Positions 16,944 to 27,005 of a stretch of 64,000 nucleotides of DNA are shown here, piece by piece; position 1 is the stretch's first letter; every line of letters starts with the position of its first letter. The position numbers and the translations under genes are program-made. The notes beneath the pieces are model-generated. The model searched no databases and was not told the DNA's origin. It saw only the letters and a program-made list of their open reading frames with translations. Source of the stretch: an uncultured Candidatus Entotheonella sp. (GTDB taxonomy: Bacteria; Tectomicrobia; Entotheonellia; Entotheonellales; Entotheonellaceae); assembly GCA_965217185.1 (NCBI GenBank), contig OZ244252.1, positions 960,001 to 1,024,000 of the forward strand. Reading direction: 5' to 3'.

Positions 16944-18818
16944 ATGAACAGCAAGCCCAACGGTCAATTTCAGAGCGGTGCCGGACCCGGCAGCCGCTTT
17001 TCGCTCTGGTACGTCTTGGCAGCTATCGGATTGATGCTGATGGCGCAGAACGCACTTTTTTCACGGCCGTTTGAGCAGGTATCGTACAGTGACTTCAAGG
17101 CCGATTTGCGAGCGGGGCGTATCGCCGAGGTGCGGATCGGCACCCAGGTCATTCGCGGGACGCTACACATGCCAGACGATACTTCAGAGATGACGCCGCC
17201 GCTGCGTTTTATGACCGCGCGGGTTGAAGACCCTGATCTCGTCAAGGAATTGGAAGCGTACGAGGTGAAATACACCGGTCAGAACGATAACAACCTGCTG
17301 AAAACCATTTTGTCATGGGTCCTGCCATTGGGATTGTTGTTTTTACTCTGGAGCTTCCTGGCCCGTCGGCTAGGCCCCGGTCAGGGTGTGATGAATTTCG
17401 GGAAAAGCCGGGCGCGAATTTACGCCGAACGCGAGACCGGTAGTACGTTTTCGGATGTTGCCGGGGCCGATGAGGCAAAAGAGGAACTGCATGAAATTAT
17501 CGATTTCCTGCGTAATCCGCAGAAGTATGTCAACCTTGGCGGGCGTATCCCCAAGGGGGTTTTGTTGGTAGGCCCGCCGGGAACGGGAAAAACCCTGCTG
17601 TCGAGAGCTGTCGCTGGCGAGGCCTCCGTGCCATTTTTCAGCCTTAGCGGTTCGGACTTTGTGGAAATGTTCGTCGGCGTCGGTGCAGCGCGGGTACGTG
17701 ACCTGTTTAAGCAGGCGCAGGAGAAAGCGCCGTGCATTGTTTTCATTGACGAACTGGACGCCGTTGGCAAAGCGCGCGGCATCAACCCCATGCAGCAGAA
17801 CGACGAGCGCGAGCAGACACTGAACCAACTGCTGGGCGAGATGGATGGTTTTGACCCCCGAAAGGGCGTCATCATTCTGGGCGCCACCAATCGACCGGAG
17901 ATTCTTGACCCTGCCCTGCTGCGTGCCGGTCGTTTCGACCGCCAAGTGGCAGTTGGGCGCCCAGATTTACAGGGCCGTCTTGACATCCTGCGCCTGCACG
18001 GACAGGAGGTGCGGTTAGCCGCTGACGTTGATCTTCAGGTGATTGCCGCTCGGACGCCGGGGATGGTTGGTTCCGACTTGGCCAGTGTGATCAATGAGGC
18101 CGCTCTTCTCGCTGCGCGTTACAACAGGGACGCGGTGACAATGGACGAACTTGACAAGGCGATTGACCGCATCATGGCCGGGCCGGAGAAGAAAAGCCGC
18201 ATCATGGCCCCGGCTGAGAAACAGCGGGTCGCCTACCATGAATCGGGCCACGCATTGGTGGCCGAGGCGATCCCGAGCGCCGACCCGGTACGCAAAGTAA
18301 CCATCATTCCTCATGGCGTTGCTGCTTTGGGGTATACTCAGCAACTACCAACGCAGGATCGTTACCTGTACACCAAGGATGAACTCCTGGACCGTATCAC
18401 CGTGATGCTCGGCGGGCGGGCCGCTGAAGAGGTCGTGTTCAGTGACACGTCCACCGGTGCACAGGACGACCTGCAGCGTGCCAGCGAGATGGCTCGGCGA
18501 ATGGTTGCGGAGTTCGGCATGAGCGAACACCTAGGGCCGTATACGGTGGAACGTGGAAGGCAACCCATGTTTCTGGACACTGGTCAACAGACTCCCAAAT
18601 CGTGCAGTGAAGCGACAGCGCGCCGTATCGACAATGAGGCGCGAGAGATGGTGGAGCGCATGTATGACCGGGCTAGGCGGCTTCTCGAAACGCACCGAAG
18701 CAAGCTCGAAACGCTGGCGCAATACCTTCTGAAGCACGAAGTGATCGATCAAGCTACGCTGGCGGTACTTTTGGGTGACCTGCGACCACGTGTGCGGCCC
18801 GAATTGGCGAATCTGTAA
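16944..18818 (+). CDS. ftsH: ATP-dependent zinc metalloprotease FtsH
   Basis: Two TM segments, [43 protein letters not shown]. Confidence 0.96.
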   Translation: MNSKPNGQFQSGAGPGSRFSLWYVLAAIGLMLMAQNALFSRPFEQVSYSDFKADLRAGRIAEVRIGTQVIRGTLHMPDDTSEMTPPLRFMTARVEDPDLVKELEAYEVKYTGQNDNNLLKTILSWVLPLGLLFLLWSFLARRLGPGQGVMNFGKSRARIYAERETGSTFSDVAGADEAKEELHEIIDFLRNPQKYVNLGGRIPKGVLLVGPPGTGKTLLSRAVAGEASVPFFSLSGSDFVEMFVGVGAARVRDLFKQAQEKAPCIVFIDELDAVGKARGINPMQQNDEREQTLNQLLGEMDGFDPRKGVIILGATNRPEILDPALLRAGRFDRQVAVGRPDLQGRLDILRLHGQEVRLAADVDLQVIAARTPGMVGSDLASVINEAALLAARYNRDAVTMDELDKAIDRIMAGPEKKSRIMAPAEKQRVAYHESGHALVAEAIPSADPVRKVTIIPHGVAALGYTQQLPTQDRYLYTKDELLDRITVMLGGRAAEEVVFSDTSTGAQDDLQRASEMARRMVAEFGMSEHLGPYTVERGRQPMFLDTGQQTPKSCSEATARRIDNEAREMVERMYDRARRLLETHRSKLETLAQYLLKHEVIDQATLAVLLGDLRPRVRPELANL

Positions 18819-18930
18819 GGCGTTGCAGGTCTCCTGTAGCGCCCCCTGGCGTGACTCCAACTGCCGAATAAATCAAAGGGTTTGGTAGCGCTTTGACCGT
18901 CTGTTTTGTAAGTCGTATCTGACCCGTTCC

Positions 18931-18960
18931 TTGACACTCCCAAATTCCAGGACGTATAGT
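18931..18960 (+). promoter_or_regulatory. Sigma70-type promoter upstream of rpsU
   Basis: TTGACA-18 nt-TATAGT. Confidence 0.6.
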
Positions 18961-19133
18961 TGCAGCCTACGCGCAACATTTCCTTTTTGTTTTGGCTGTC
19001 ACCCGCGGTTGGTGGCCGTGGCCATAGGGCAAGGGTTTAGCTGCTTTGCTCAGCCAGAATGGGCACAGTTCTGCTGTTTTTGCCTTTGCTTAAAGTTGTT
19101 GTCTTGCTTTTGCTCAAAGAAGGATTCAATCGT

Positions 19134-19331
19134 ATGCCGGCAGTGAAAGTCCGTGAAGCGGAGCCCTTTGAGAATGCTCTGCGACGGTTTAAGAAGCAGT
19201 GCGAAAAAGCAGGCGTCCTGTCTGAGATTCGCAAGCGCGAGTATTACGAGAAACCAAGCGTGAAACGGAAACGCAAAGTCATTGCGGCCCGGAAGAAGGC
19301 TGCGAAGGCTCGGATGTTGCTCGGTATCTGA
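19134..19331 (+). CDS. rpsU: 30S ribosomal protein S21
   Basis: [26 protein letters not shown]...REYYEKPS. Confidence 0.95.
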   Translation: MPAVKVREAEPFENALRRFKKQCEKAGVLSEIRKREYYEKPSVKRKRKVIAARKKAAKARMLLGI

Positions 19332-19375
19332 GAGCACCTTGGTCTCTGTTTTCCATGCCTTACGTAGGTGCATGC

Positions 19376-21700
19376 ATGAATGAACATACGGCTAAGGTGC
19401 TGGATTACGATCTCATTCGAGACGAACTGCAGACCTATACCGTCACGCCCATGGGCAAAACCTTGGCTCAGCAGTTACAACCTCATACGGATTTGGCCTT
19501 GCTGGATATCCAGTTACGCGAAACTTCCGAAATGACGGACTTGCTGGTCGCCGGCGATGACCCGCCTTTAGCGCCGGTCACTGATCTCCGCCTCCATGTG
19601 GAAGCGGCGCAACTCGTCGGGTATTACCTGGAAGGTCAACAGTTCCTGGAAGTGGCTGATTGTCTTGATGTTCTTCAGCAACTTCGGCGTTTTACCCAGC
19701 ATAACTCTCAGCGCATTCCCCTCCTCGCACGTCGGTTGGCTTCCCTCACAGACTTCAGCATTTTCCTGCGTCAGATTCGCAGCGCCATAGATGAGAGAGG
19801 CGCGGTGCGTGATAGCGCCAGCTCGCTTCTGCAGGAAATCCGGAAAACGTTGAACCACACCAGCGAGCGCATTCACCGTACGTTGCTGAGACTGATGGCC
19901 ACGCACAGTTCGGTGGTTCAGGATGCTGTCGTGACGATCCGCAACGACCGCTTTGTTGTGCCGCTGAAAACGGATTTCCGTCGAGTCCTGCGGGGTATTG
20001 TGCATGGGGAATCGGCCAGCGGCGCCACCGTGTACGTCGAACCAGACAGCGTGGTAAGCCTCAACAATCATTTGTTGCAGACCCGCGCCAAAGAGGAACG
20101 AGCCGTACGAGAAGTTTTGCGTGAGCTCACCGAGAGATTGGCCATCCAGCATGTAGCCATTGAACAGGCGCTGCAACTCCTAGGAGAGGTCGACTTGATC
20201 GTTGCCAAGGGGCGACTCAGCCGACACATGCATGGTGTTGCGCCCCGTATTACCACCGGGGAGAAACGATTGCGGCTTGTCGCGGCACGCCACCCTCTGC
20301 TAACCGATCCGGTACCGATCGACATTCATTTGGGGCCGCAGGAACGGACCTTGGTTATTACCGGACCCAATACCGGCGGTAAGACGGCAGTGCTCAAGAC
20401 GGTGGGATTGCTTAGCGCGATGGCTCAGTCTGGCTTGCACATTCCCGTGCACGCCGAGAGCGAACTGCCCCTGTGCAGAGAGATTTTCGTCGACATAGGA
20501 GACGAACAAAATCTGCAGCAAAATCTCAGTACGTTTTCCGCCCATCTGAAGAATATTCACACCATGACAAAGCAGGTGTCTGCCGACTCTCTGGTGCTCC
20601 TGGACGAGTTGGGCGCCGGCACGGACCCGTCGGAAGGGGGGCCGCTGGGAACGGCAATTCTGGAATACTTCCATGCCAGTGAGGCGCTGACGCTGGTTAC
20701 GACACACCACAGCGCCATCAAAGCTTTTGCCATGGTGACCCCGGACATTGTCTGTGCGGCGGTCGATTTTGATCTGGATACGCTGCAGCCGCGCTACCAA
20801 CTTGTTTATGGGCTACCGGGCCGCAGCAAAGCCTTCGCCATTGCCCAGAAACTGGGATTTCCTGCGGCGATCATTACCCGTGCTGAGCAAGAGGCTGGTG
20901 CGACCCAGATGCGCAGCGAGTCTCTGTTGGCTCGATTGGAAGCAAAACGCCAGGCTATGGATGACGAGCAGCAGCGCATACGGCGGAAGCAGGAGGAAAC
21001 GGAGCGGCTGCATGCTGAGGCGCAGCAAATTTTATCTGACGCTTCGACGGAAGAGCGACGTGTTCGTGAGACGTTCTTTCGTGAAGGCCAAGCACTACTC
21101 AAGACAGCCAGACAGGAACTCGACGTGCTTTTGGGATCCCTCCGCCACCCATCGGGGAACGGCACGCCCGCTGCCTTTCCGCGCGAGGAATGGCAGCGCA
21201 TCGTGGCGACAATTGCATCATTGGCCCCTACCCCGGCATCGCCTCAGCCTGCACCGTCTTTACAGGTGGGGGACGATGTGCGCGTGCGAGGTTTCAACAT
21301 CAAGGGCCGGTTATGCACGCCCATCACGGGTACGGACAGCGTGACGGTCGAAGTCGGGAACAAGACCGTCATCGTGGCTGCTTCGGAACTTGAGCGTGCC
21401 GATGAGGATGTGAAAGTTTCGAACCACGCCTCCAATGGCACCAAGTGGTCGCCGCCTGCATCGCTGGCTCCCGAATTGCATCTGCGCGGTGCCACGTTAT
21501 CCGAAGCGCTCCCTGCCGTCGAGAAATACCTTGAGGATGCTTCGTTGCAAGGCCTTCCCCGTGTACGGCTTATACATGGCATTGGCACCGGACGGTTGCG
21601 TGCTGGCATCGCTGCCGTGCTCGAACGCCACCCCCTGGTCCGACGCTTTCAGGCCGGTGATGCGAGCGGCGGCGTAACGGTCGTTGAGCTTGAAGGATAA
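19376..21700 (+). CDS. mutS2: Endonuclease MutS2
   Basis: GIVHGESASGATVYVEP, ITGPNTGGKT, DIGDEQ..QNLSTFSAH, LDELGAGTDP, C-terminal Smr domain (IHGIGTGRLR). Confidence 0.95.
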   Translation: MNEHTAKVLDYDLIRDELQTYTVTPMGKTLAQQLQPHTDLALLDIQLRETSEMTDLLVAGDDPPLAPVTDLRLHVEAAQLVGYYLEGQQFLEVADCLDVLQQLRRFTQHNSQRIPLLARRLASLTDFSIFLRQIRSAIDERGAVRDSASSLLQEIRKTLNHTSERIHRTLLRLMATHSSVVQDAVVTIRNDRFVVPLKTDFRRVLRGIVHGESASGATVYVEPDSVVSLNNHLLQTRAKEERAVREVLRELTERLAIQHVAIEQALQLLGEVDLIVAKGRLSRHMHGVAPRITTGEKRLRLVAARHPLLTDPVPIDIHLGPQERTLVITGPNTGGKTAVLKTVGLLSAMAQSGLHIPVHAESELPLCREIFVDIGDEQNLQQNLSTFSAHLKNIHTMTKQVSADSLVLLDELGAGTDPSEGGPLGTAILEYFHASEALTLVTTHHSAIKAFAMVTPDIVCAAVDFDLDTLQPRYQLVYGLPGRSKAFAIAQKLGFPAAIITRAEQEAGATQMRSESLLARLEAKRQAMDDEQQRIRRKQEETERLHAEAQQILSDASTEERRVRETFFREGQALLKTARQELDVLLGSLRHPSGNGTPAAFPREEWQRIVATIASLAPTPASPQPAPSLQVGDDVRVRGFNIKGRLCTPITGTDSVTVEVGNKTVIVAASELERADEDVKVSNHASNGTKWSPPASLAPELHLRGATLSEALPAVEKYLEDASLQGLPRVRLIHGIGTGRLRAGIAAVLERHPLVRRFQAGDASGGVTVVELEG

Positions 21701-21704
21701 AAAG

Positions 21705-23498
21705 GTGAGCCAGCGTATTCCTGAAGAGATCGTTCAGGAAGTCCTGCTCAGGGCTGATATTGCAGACGTTGTCGGCGACTATGTTCTGCTCAAGAAAACG
21801 GGTGAGAACTATAAGGGGTTGTGCCCTTTCCACAACGAGAAAACCCCTTCGTTCACGGTGAGTCCGGCGAAGGGGTTTTTTTATTGTTTCGGTTGCCAAG
21901 CCAAAGGAAACGCGGCGGGTTTTCTCATGCAACAGGCGTCGCTGACGTTTCCCGATGCGATTCAGATGTTGGCGTCGCGCTATGGCGTGTATATCCCGGA
22001 GATGCGCACAGCCCAAAAGCCGGACAAGCACAAACCTTTGTATGATCTGCTTCGAGCCGCTGCTACCTTCTTTCAGGATGGCTTGCGGCGCGACCCGGTC
22101 GCTGAGGCTGGACGCGCTTTTTGTCGTCAACGCCAGATTTCCAGTGACCTGGCGGCCCGTTTCGAGTTGGGTTATGCCCCGCAGGCTTGGGAGGCATTAA
22201 GGCAGGCGATGCTGCAACAAGGGTTCGCGGAGGAGTTGTTAATCGAGGGCGGCCTTGTGGTTGCCCGCGACGAACCGCAGCGGCGCGTGTACGATCGTTT
22301 CCGCAATCGTATCGTGTTTCCGATTCACGACCGGTTGGGTCGTCCAGTGGCATTCGGGGCACGCGCGCTTGACGAGTCTGCTGATGGTAACGTGCCGAAA
22401 TATCTGAATTCGCCGGAGACGCCCATTTTCCACAAGGGGCAAACGCTTTACGGCCTGCACTTGGCTCGGCAAGCAATGCGTCAGCATGAACAGGTGATCG
22501 TCGTTGAAGGCTATACGGATGTCCTGGCTTGCCACAGGCAGGGTGTGGCGCATGTGGTGGGCACGTTGGGCACGGCTCTGACCGACCGCCACGTCGGGCA
22601 ACTGAGGGGCGCCGTCAAGGAGGCAGTTCTGGTTTTTGATAGCGATGACGCGGGCGGCAAGGCTGCAGAGCGCAGTATCGCGCTGTTTCTGGACGCGGGC
22701 GTTCGGGTCCGCATCGCGACGCTTCCCGCCTCGGAGGATCCTGACAGCTTCTTACGGAACCACACGGGGGAAGAATTTCTGCACTGCGTCAAGAATGCCA
22801 TGACGTTCCCGGCCTATCTTGTTGCCCGCGCGCAACATGGTTTTGACCTGCAAACGCCCGCCAGTCGTGGGGATTTTGTTAACCGCATTGCGCCCCTCCT
22901 ACGGAAGCTGGACAACGAAGTGGAACGGTGGGGCTATCTGGTATTCCTGGCCGAGAAACTCGGGGTTCCGCCACAGGATTTGAGACGGCAGCTGTTTTCG
23001 AGGACGTCCGGGCATCGTACCCTGGCTCCACAACGACAGACTGATCCACTCCTGTCACGTTCAGTAACGAAGCGGTTTCCTGAGGAGTACGATTTGGTGC
23101 ATTTGCTATACCACCGGCCGGAACTGTTGGCCAAGGTCGATTCCCATATAGCTCCCACTGATTTCATGGATGCCGACCTCGGCAGTGTTTATTCGCTCTT
23201 GTTGCAATTTGCCCCACATGGTGAAGACGAACGCTGGTCTCAGAGGCTGCATGACGAGGCTAGCGACAAGCAAGACGTACTTCTCGCCCAGATAGCCGTG
23301 CAATCACTGCCGCCCGCATCTACGGGAGTTGCTCAGGTCATGCAAGATTGCCTCGAGAAGATGCGTCAACGTCGATACAAGCTCCAGTTGCGGCAAGTCA
23401 AACAGCGGCTCGAGTCTGAAAGCGACGAGGCTGAGCGGCAGCGGCTTTTGGAGCAGACAAGGCTGTTGGCAAAGGAGAGGCAGCCCGCGGTTTTGTAA
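21705..23498 (+). CDS. dnaG: DNA primase
   Basis: CPFHNEKTPSF..CFGC zinc finger, DRFRNRIVFPI, KYLNSPET, VEGYTDV TOPRIM. Confidence 0.96.
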   Translation: MSQRIPEEIVQEVLLRADIADVVGDYVLLKKTGENYKGLCPFHNEKTPSFTVSPAKGFFYCFGCQAKGNAAGFLMQQASLTFPDAIQMLASRYGVYIPEMRTAQKPDKHKPLYDLLRAAATFFQDGLRRDPVAEAGRAFCRQRQISSDLAARFELGYAPQAWEALRQAMLQQGFAEELLIEGGLVVARDEPQRRVYDRFRNRIVFPIHDRLGRPVAFGARALDESADGNVPKYLNSPETPIFHKGQTLYGLHLARQAMRQHEQVIVVEGYTDVLACHRQGVAHVVGTLGTALTDRHVGQLRGAVKEAVLVFDSDDAGGKAAERSIALFLDAGVRVRIATLPASEDPDSFLRNHTGEEFLHCVKNAMTFPAYLVARAQHGFDLQTPASRGDFVNRIAPLLRKLDNEVERWGYLVFLAEKLGVPPQDLRRQLFSRTSGHRTLAPQRQTDPLLSRSVTKRFPEEYDLVHLLYHRPELLAKVDSHIAPTDFMDADLGSVYSLLLQFAPHGEDERWSQRLHDEASDKQDVLLAQIAVQSLPPASTGVAQVMQDCLEKMRQRRYKLQLRQVKQRLESESDEAERQRLLEQTRLLAKERQPAVL

Positions 23499-23574
23499 GT
23501 TATGGATTATTCCACAGATCCCGTTACCCGCTAGCCGGTAAGAGGCGCAATCCAGTAGGGAGGTCCAATCAACC

Positions 23575-25335
23575 ATGGCAAAGAAAGATAGGCGTGGTGA
23601 AGTCAAACAGTTGATTTCCCTAGGCAAGGAGGAGGGACATCTCCCCTACGAGGAGGTGCGCAGCATTTTGCCTCGCGAGGCTGTGTCTTCAGAACAGATT
23701 GACGAGTTGATCACGTTCGGCGATTTGGACCTGGACCTTATTGAGCCTGAAAGCGTTGCCGAAAGGGATTCCGTTGCACACGACAATGGCCTTTCGGTGG
23801 ATTATCTTGAGGAGGGTCGTCTGATCGATTTGTCAGCTGATGTGCTGGGGAAGACCGACGACCCGGTACGTTTGTATCTCCGCGAAATGGGCTCTATTCC
23901 CCTGCTGACACGCGAGGGCGAGGTCGAAATAGCCAAGCGTATTGAAGACGCGCACAATGAAGTTGTGCAGGCGATTGTGTCCAATAAGTTTGTCGGCCGG
24001 GGGCTATTGGAACTCGGTTTGAAGGGATATGTCGGCCAAGGCGTTGCGAGTGAGGAAGATGATCTTAACTTGGAAGAAAGCGACGCCATGGAAGAGCCAT
24101 GGATGACGCCCGATTCCAGGATGAATAAGATTGTTAACCGCTTGCGTGAGTTCTATGTCGAAAACAACAATTTGCGAGCGCAAACACGATCCGAGACGCT
24201 TACTGCCGGACAACGCAAGGAATTGCTCAAGCAAGAGAAGACTTTGGGCAATGTTATCACCAAGTTGACCAAGGAGCTCAATCTCACCGCCAATCTCATC
24301 GACATTATCGTGAACGAAAGCAATGGCCTGTTACAGCGTCTCCGTGCCTGCGAGCGTAACGTTGCTTCTTGCGTGCAGCAAGCTAATGGTGATGCGAGGG
24401 TATTCCATCGCTGTATGCACGAATACCATGTGCAGATGGCCCGTAACGGTTCTTCCGAGGACCACCCGCAGCCGGAATTTTCGAGTCTCGAATACTGTGT
24501 GCAGGAGGCCTTTTGTCTTGTGCATCGAGAGGAGCCCGAAGTTGGTCTCACCTGCCAAGAGTTCGTGGACATGCTGCAGCGCGTCTATCACTGTCAGCAA
24601 AAGGACCGCGACGCGAAACGCGAATTGGCGGAGGCCAATCTTCGATTGGTGGTCAGCATCGCTAAGAAATACACCAACCGCGGCTTGCATTTCCTTGATC
24701 TCATTCAGGAAGGCAACATTGGCCTCATGAAGGCGGTGGACAAATTCGAATATCGCCGTGGCTATAAATTCAGCACTTACGCCACTTGGTGGATTCGTCA
24801 GGCGATTACACGGGCAATCGCGGACCAGGCACGGACAATTCGTATTCCGGTTCACATGATTGAAACGATCAACAAGCTCGTTCGTACGACGCGTCAGTTG
24901 GTTCAGGAAAATGGCCGTGAACCGTTGCCGGAGGAGATTGCCCAGCGCCTTGATTTGCCGGTGGACAAAGTGCGAAAGGTGTTGAAGATTGCCAAAGAAC
25001 CCATATCGTTGGAGACGCCCATCGGTGAGGAAAAGGACAGCCATTTGGGCGATTTCATCGAAGACAAGAAAATCACTTCGCCTGCCGAATCGGTGATTCG
25101 CACGAATTTGAAGGAACAGACGCTAAAGGTGCTGCAAACGCTCACACCGCGCGAAGAACGGGTTTTGCGCAAGCGATTCGGCATTGGTGTGGATATGGCC
25201 CACACCCTCGAAGAAGTGGGACATGATTTCGACGTCACCCGTGAGCGGGTGCGACAGATCGAGGCCAAGGCACTTCGCAAGCTGCGTCATCCAAGTCGGA
25301 GCAGGATGCTGCGACACTTCGCCGAACATGCATGA
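23575..25335 (+). CDS. rpoD: RNA polymerase primary sigma factor
   Basis: [78 protein letters not shown]. Confidence 0.97.
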   Translation: MAKKDRRGEVKQLISLGKEEGHLPYEEVRSILPREAVSSEQIDELITFGDLDLDLIEPESVAERDSVAHDNGLSVDYLEEGRLIDLSADVLGKTDDPVRLYLREMGSIPLLTREGEVEIAKRIEDAHNEVVQAIVSNKFVGRGLLELGLKGYVGQGVASEEDDLNLEESDAMEEPWMTPDSRMNKIVNRLREFYVENNNLRAQTRSETLTAGQRKELLKQEKTLGNVITKLTKELNLTANLIDIIVNESNGLLQRLRACERNVASCVQQANGDARVFHRCMHEYHVQMARNGSSEDHPQPEFSSLEYCVQEAFCLVHREEPEVGLTCQEFVDMLQRVYHCQQKDRDAKRELAEANLRLVVSIAKKYTNRGLHFLDLIQEGNIGLMKAVDKFEYRRGYKFSTYATWWIRQAITRAIADQARTIRIPVHMIETINKLVRTTRQLVQENGREPLPEEIAQRLDLPVDKVRKVLKIAKEPISLETPIGEEKDSHLGDFIEDKKITSPAESVIRTNLKEQTLKVLQTLTPREERVLRKRFGIGVDMAHTLEEVGHDFDVTRERVRQIEAKALRKLRHPSRSRMLRHFAEHA

Positions 25336-25424
25336 TGCCGGCAGGAATTCCGTTGACACCCGGCGGTGTTGGTCGTGGGAATACGACAACCCAAGCTCCG
25401 GGAGCAAACGCTCCCAGGACAAGT

Positions 25425-25497
25425 GGGCCCATAGCTCAGTTGGAAGAGCCCCCGGCTCATAACCGGTAGGTCCCTGGTTCGAGGCCAGGTGGGCCCA
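25425..25497 (+). tRNA. tRNA with CAT anticodon, probably tRNA-Ile2 (lysidine)
   Basis: Acceptor GGGCCCA/TGGGCCC, anticodon arm CCGG-CTCATAA-CCGG, TTCGA T-loop; resembles Ile2 and lies after rpoD; elongator Met not excluded. Confidence 0.85.
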
Positions 25498-25547
25498 CCT
25501 GACCACAAGGTGGTTTGATTCGTCCATGAATCAAGGAAAGGTGGACG

Positions 25548-26273
25548 ATGCGTGGACAGTTGGCACTCTTGACCGTTTTGCAAAAGCTCGATGACCAATT
25601 GCGTTCACTACGCAGGGAGCAGCAGGCGCTTCCACGGCAACTCGAGACACCCGAGCGTGCCCATAATGAGGCATGCGAGGAGTTGGAATCGATGCAGGCC
25701 GAAATCGACCGCAATGAACGCCAGCAGCACGACCTGGAGATGGAACTGCAAAGTACCCAGGACGCTCTCGACAAGGTCCAGCGTAAGCTTCGCGCAGTGA
25801 AGACCAATAAGGAATACAGCGCCGTGCTTGCAGAAATTGATGCTGGCAAGCAGCAGATGGCATGCATGGAGGATCAGTTGCTGCAGCTGATGGAGCAGGC
25901 GGAGCAGAAACGCCAGACGAAACGGTTGCAAGAACAACGGGTGCGGGCAACACGTGATGTCCTGGAAGAACAGGGGCATGCCGTGGAACAGGCTTCGGAA
26001 CTCCTGAACCAGAAAATTCTTGTCGAACGAGAAAAACGACACCAGACGGTCGTAGGACTGAATGCGGACTTGTTGGCGGTCTACGAAAAGTTGACGGCTC
26101 AGAACGACGGTTCCGTTGTCGTGCATCTCAATGATGGTGTCTGTGGCGGCTGTCATCTGAAAGTTCAGCCGCAATTGATTTCCGAAATTCGGTTGCAGGG
26201 ATCTCTTCATACCTGTCCCTATTGTCGTCTCATTCTGCTTTGGCCCGACGAGTGTCCTGAATTAGAGGGATGA
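25548..26273 (+). CDS. Coiled-coil protein with C4-type zinc ribbon (DUF164-like)
   Basis: Long coiled coil, VKTNKEY, CGGCH...CPYC. Confidence 0.88.
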   Translation: MRGQLALLTVLQKLDDQLRSLRREQQALPRQLETPERAHNEACEELESMQAEIDRNERQQHDLEMELQSTQDALDKVQRKLRAVKTNKEYSAVLAEIDAGKQQMACMEDQLLQLMEQAEQKRQTKRLQEQRVRATRDVLEEQGHAVEQASELLNQKILVEREKRHQTVVGLNADLLAVYEKLTAQNDGSVVVHLNDGVCGGCHLKVQPQLISEIRLQGSLHTCPYCRLILLWPDECPELEG

Positions 26274-26367
26274 TCCACAAAATAACGCCGAGGCTGTCAG
26301 GAGTTCACCATCGGTTTTGACCTATACCAGTTTTGGGAGTTGGTTTGAGCGGTACCAGGAGGAATCA

Positions 26368-26874
26368 ATGAGGCATTTGGCAACGCTCCGTTCCTTTGCT
26401 CACTTCATCACAGTGGTTGTGGCGTTGGCCACGCTGTACACACCCATTTCGGCGCAAGAGTCGGCGTGGCAAGATATTGCCGGAGAGTTGATGAGCCCTG
26501 CCTGCCCGGGACGCACGTTGTTGAATTGCACGAGTGAGCATGCTGGCCAATGGCAAGAGTTGATACGGCAGAAAATAGCCCAAGGAGTGCCCAAGAATGA
26601 AATCATGCAGTATTTCATTAACATCGGCGGTGAAGAGGTGCTCGCCTCCCCTCCTAAGCGTGGCTTCACTTTGGCGGTGTGGCTCTTGCCTGCGTTCGCA
26701 CTCCTGAACGGTGCCGGTTTGATCATTCTGCTTACCACAAGGTGGGTGAGACGGCCTCATTCCCGCGAGCAAGATCCACCGCCCGCGCCTTGTCCGGATC
26801 ATTCGTCACAGGCGGCAACAGCTGTTGCAGACCCATACCTGAGTCGTGTGCGCAAAGAGTTGCAAGATATATAG
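26368..26874 (+). CDS. CcmH/NrfF-like cytochrome c biogenesis protein
   Basis: Signal peptide, LMSPACPGRTLLNC, IRQKIAQG..EIMQYF...GEEVLASPP, TM with WLLP. Confidence 0.7.
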   Translation: MRHLATLRSFAHFITVVVALATLYTPISAQESAWQDIAGELMSPACPGRTLLNCTSEHAGQWQELIRQKIAQGVPKNEIMQYFINIGGEEVLASPPKRGFTLAVWLLPAFALLNGAGLIILLTTRWVRRPHSREQDPPPAPCPDHSSQAATAVADPYLSRVRKELQDI

Positions 26875-27005
26875 AGTCCTCTAGATTTAGGACAGTAGAG
26901 ACAAAACCCAGATTCAGAGTGCCCCGAAATTTCCCACCGTTTCCAAGAGTTCTGCAAGGTATGGTGTAAAGCAACGGTCTGTATTGGTTTCCAGGGGGAT
27001 CATTT

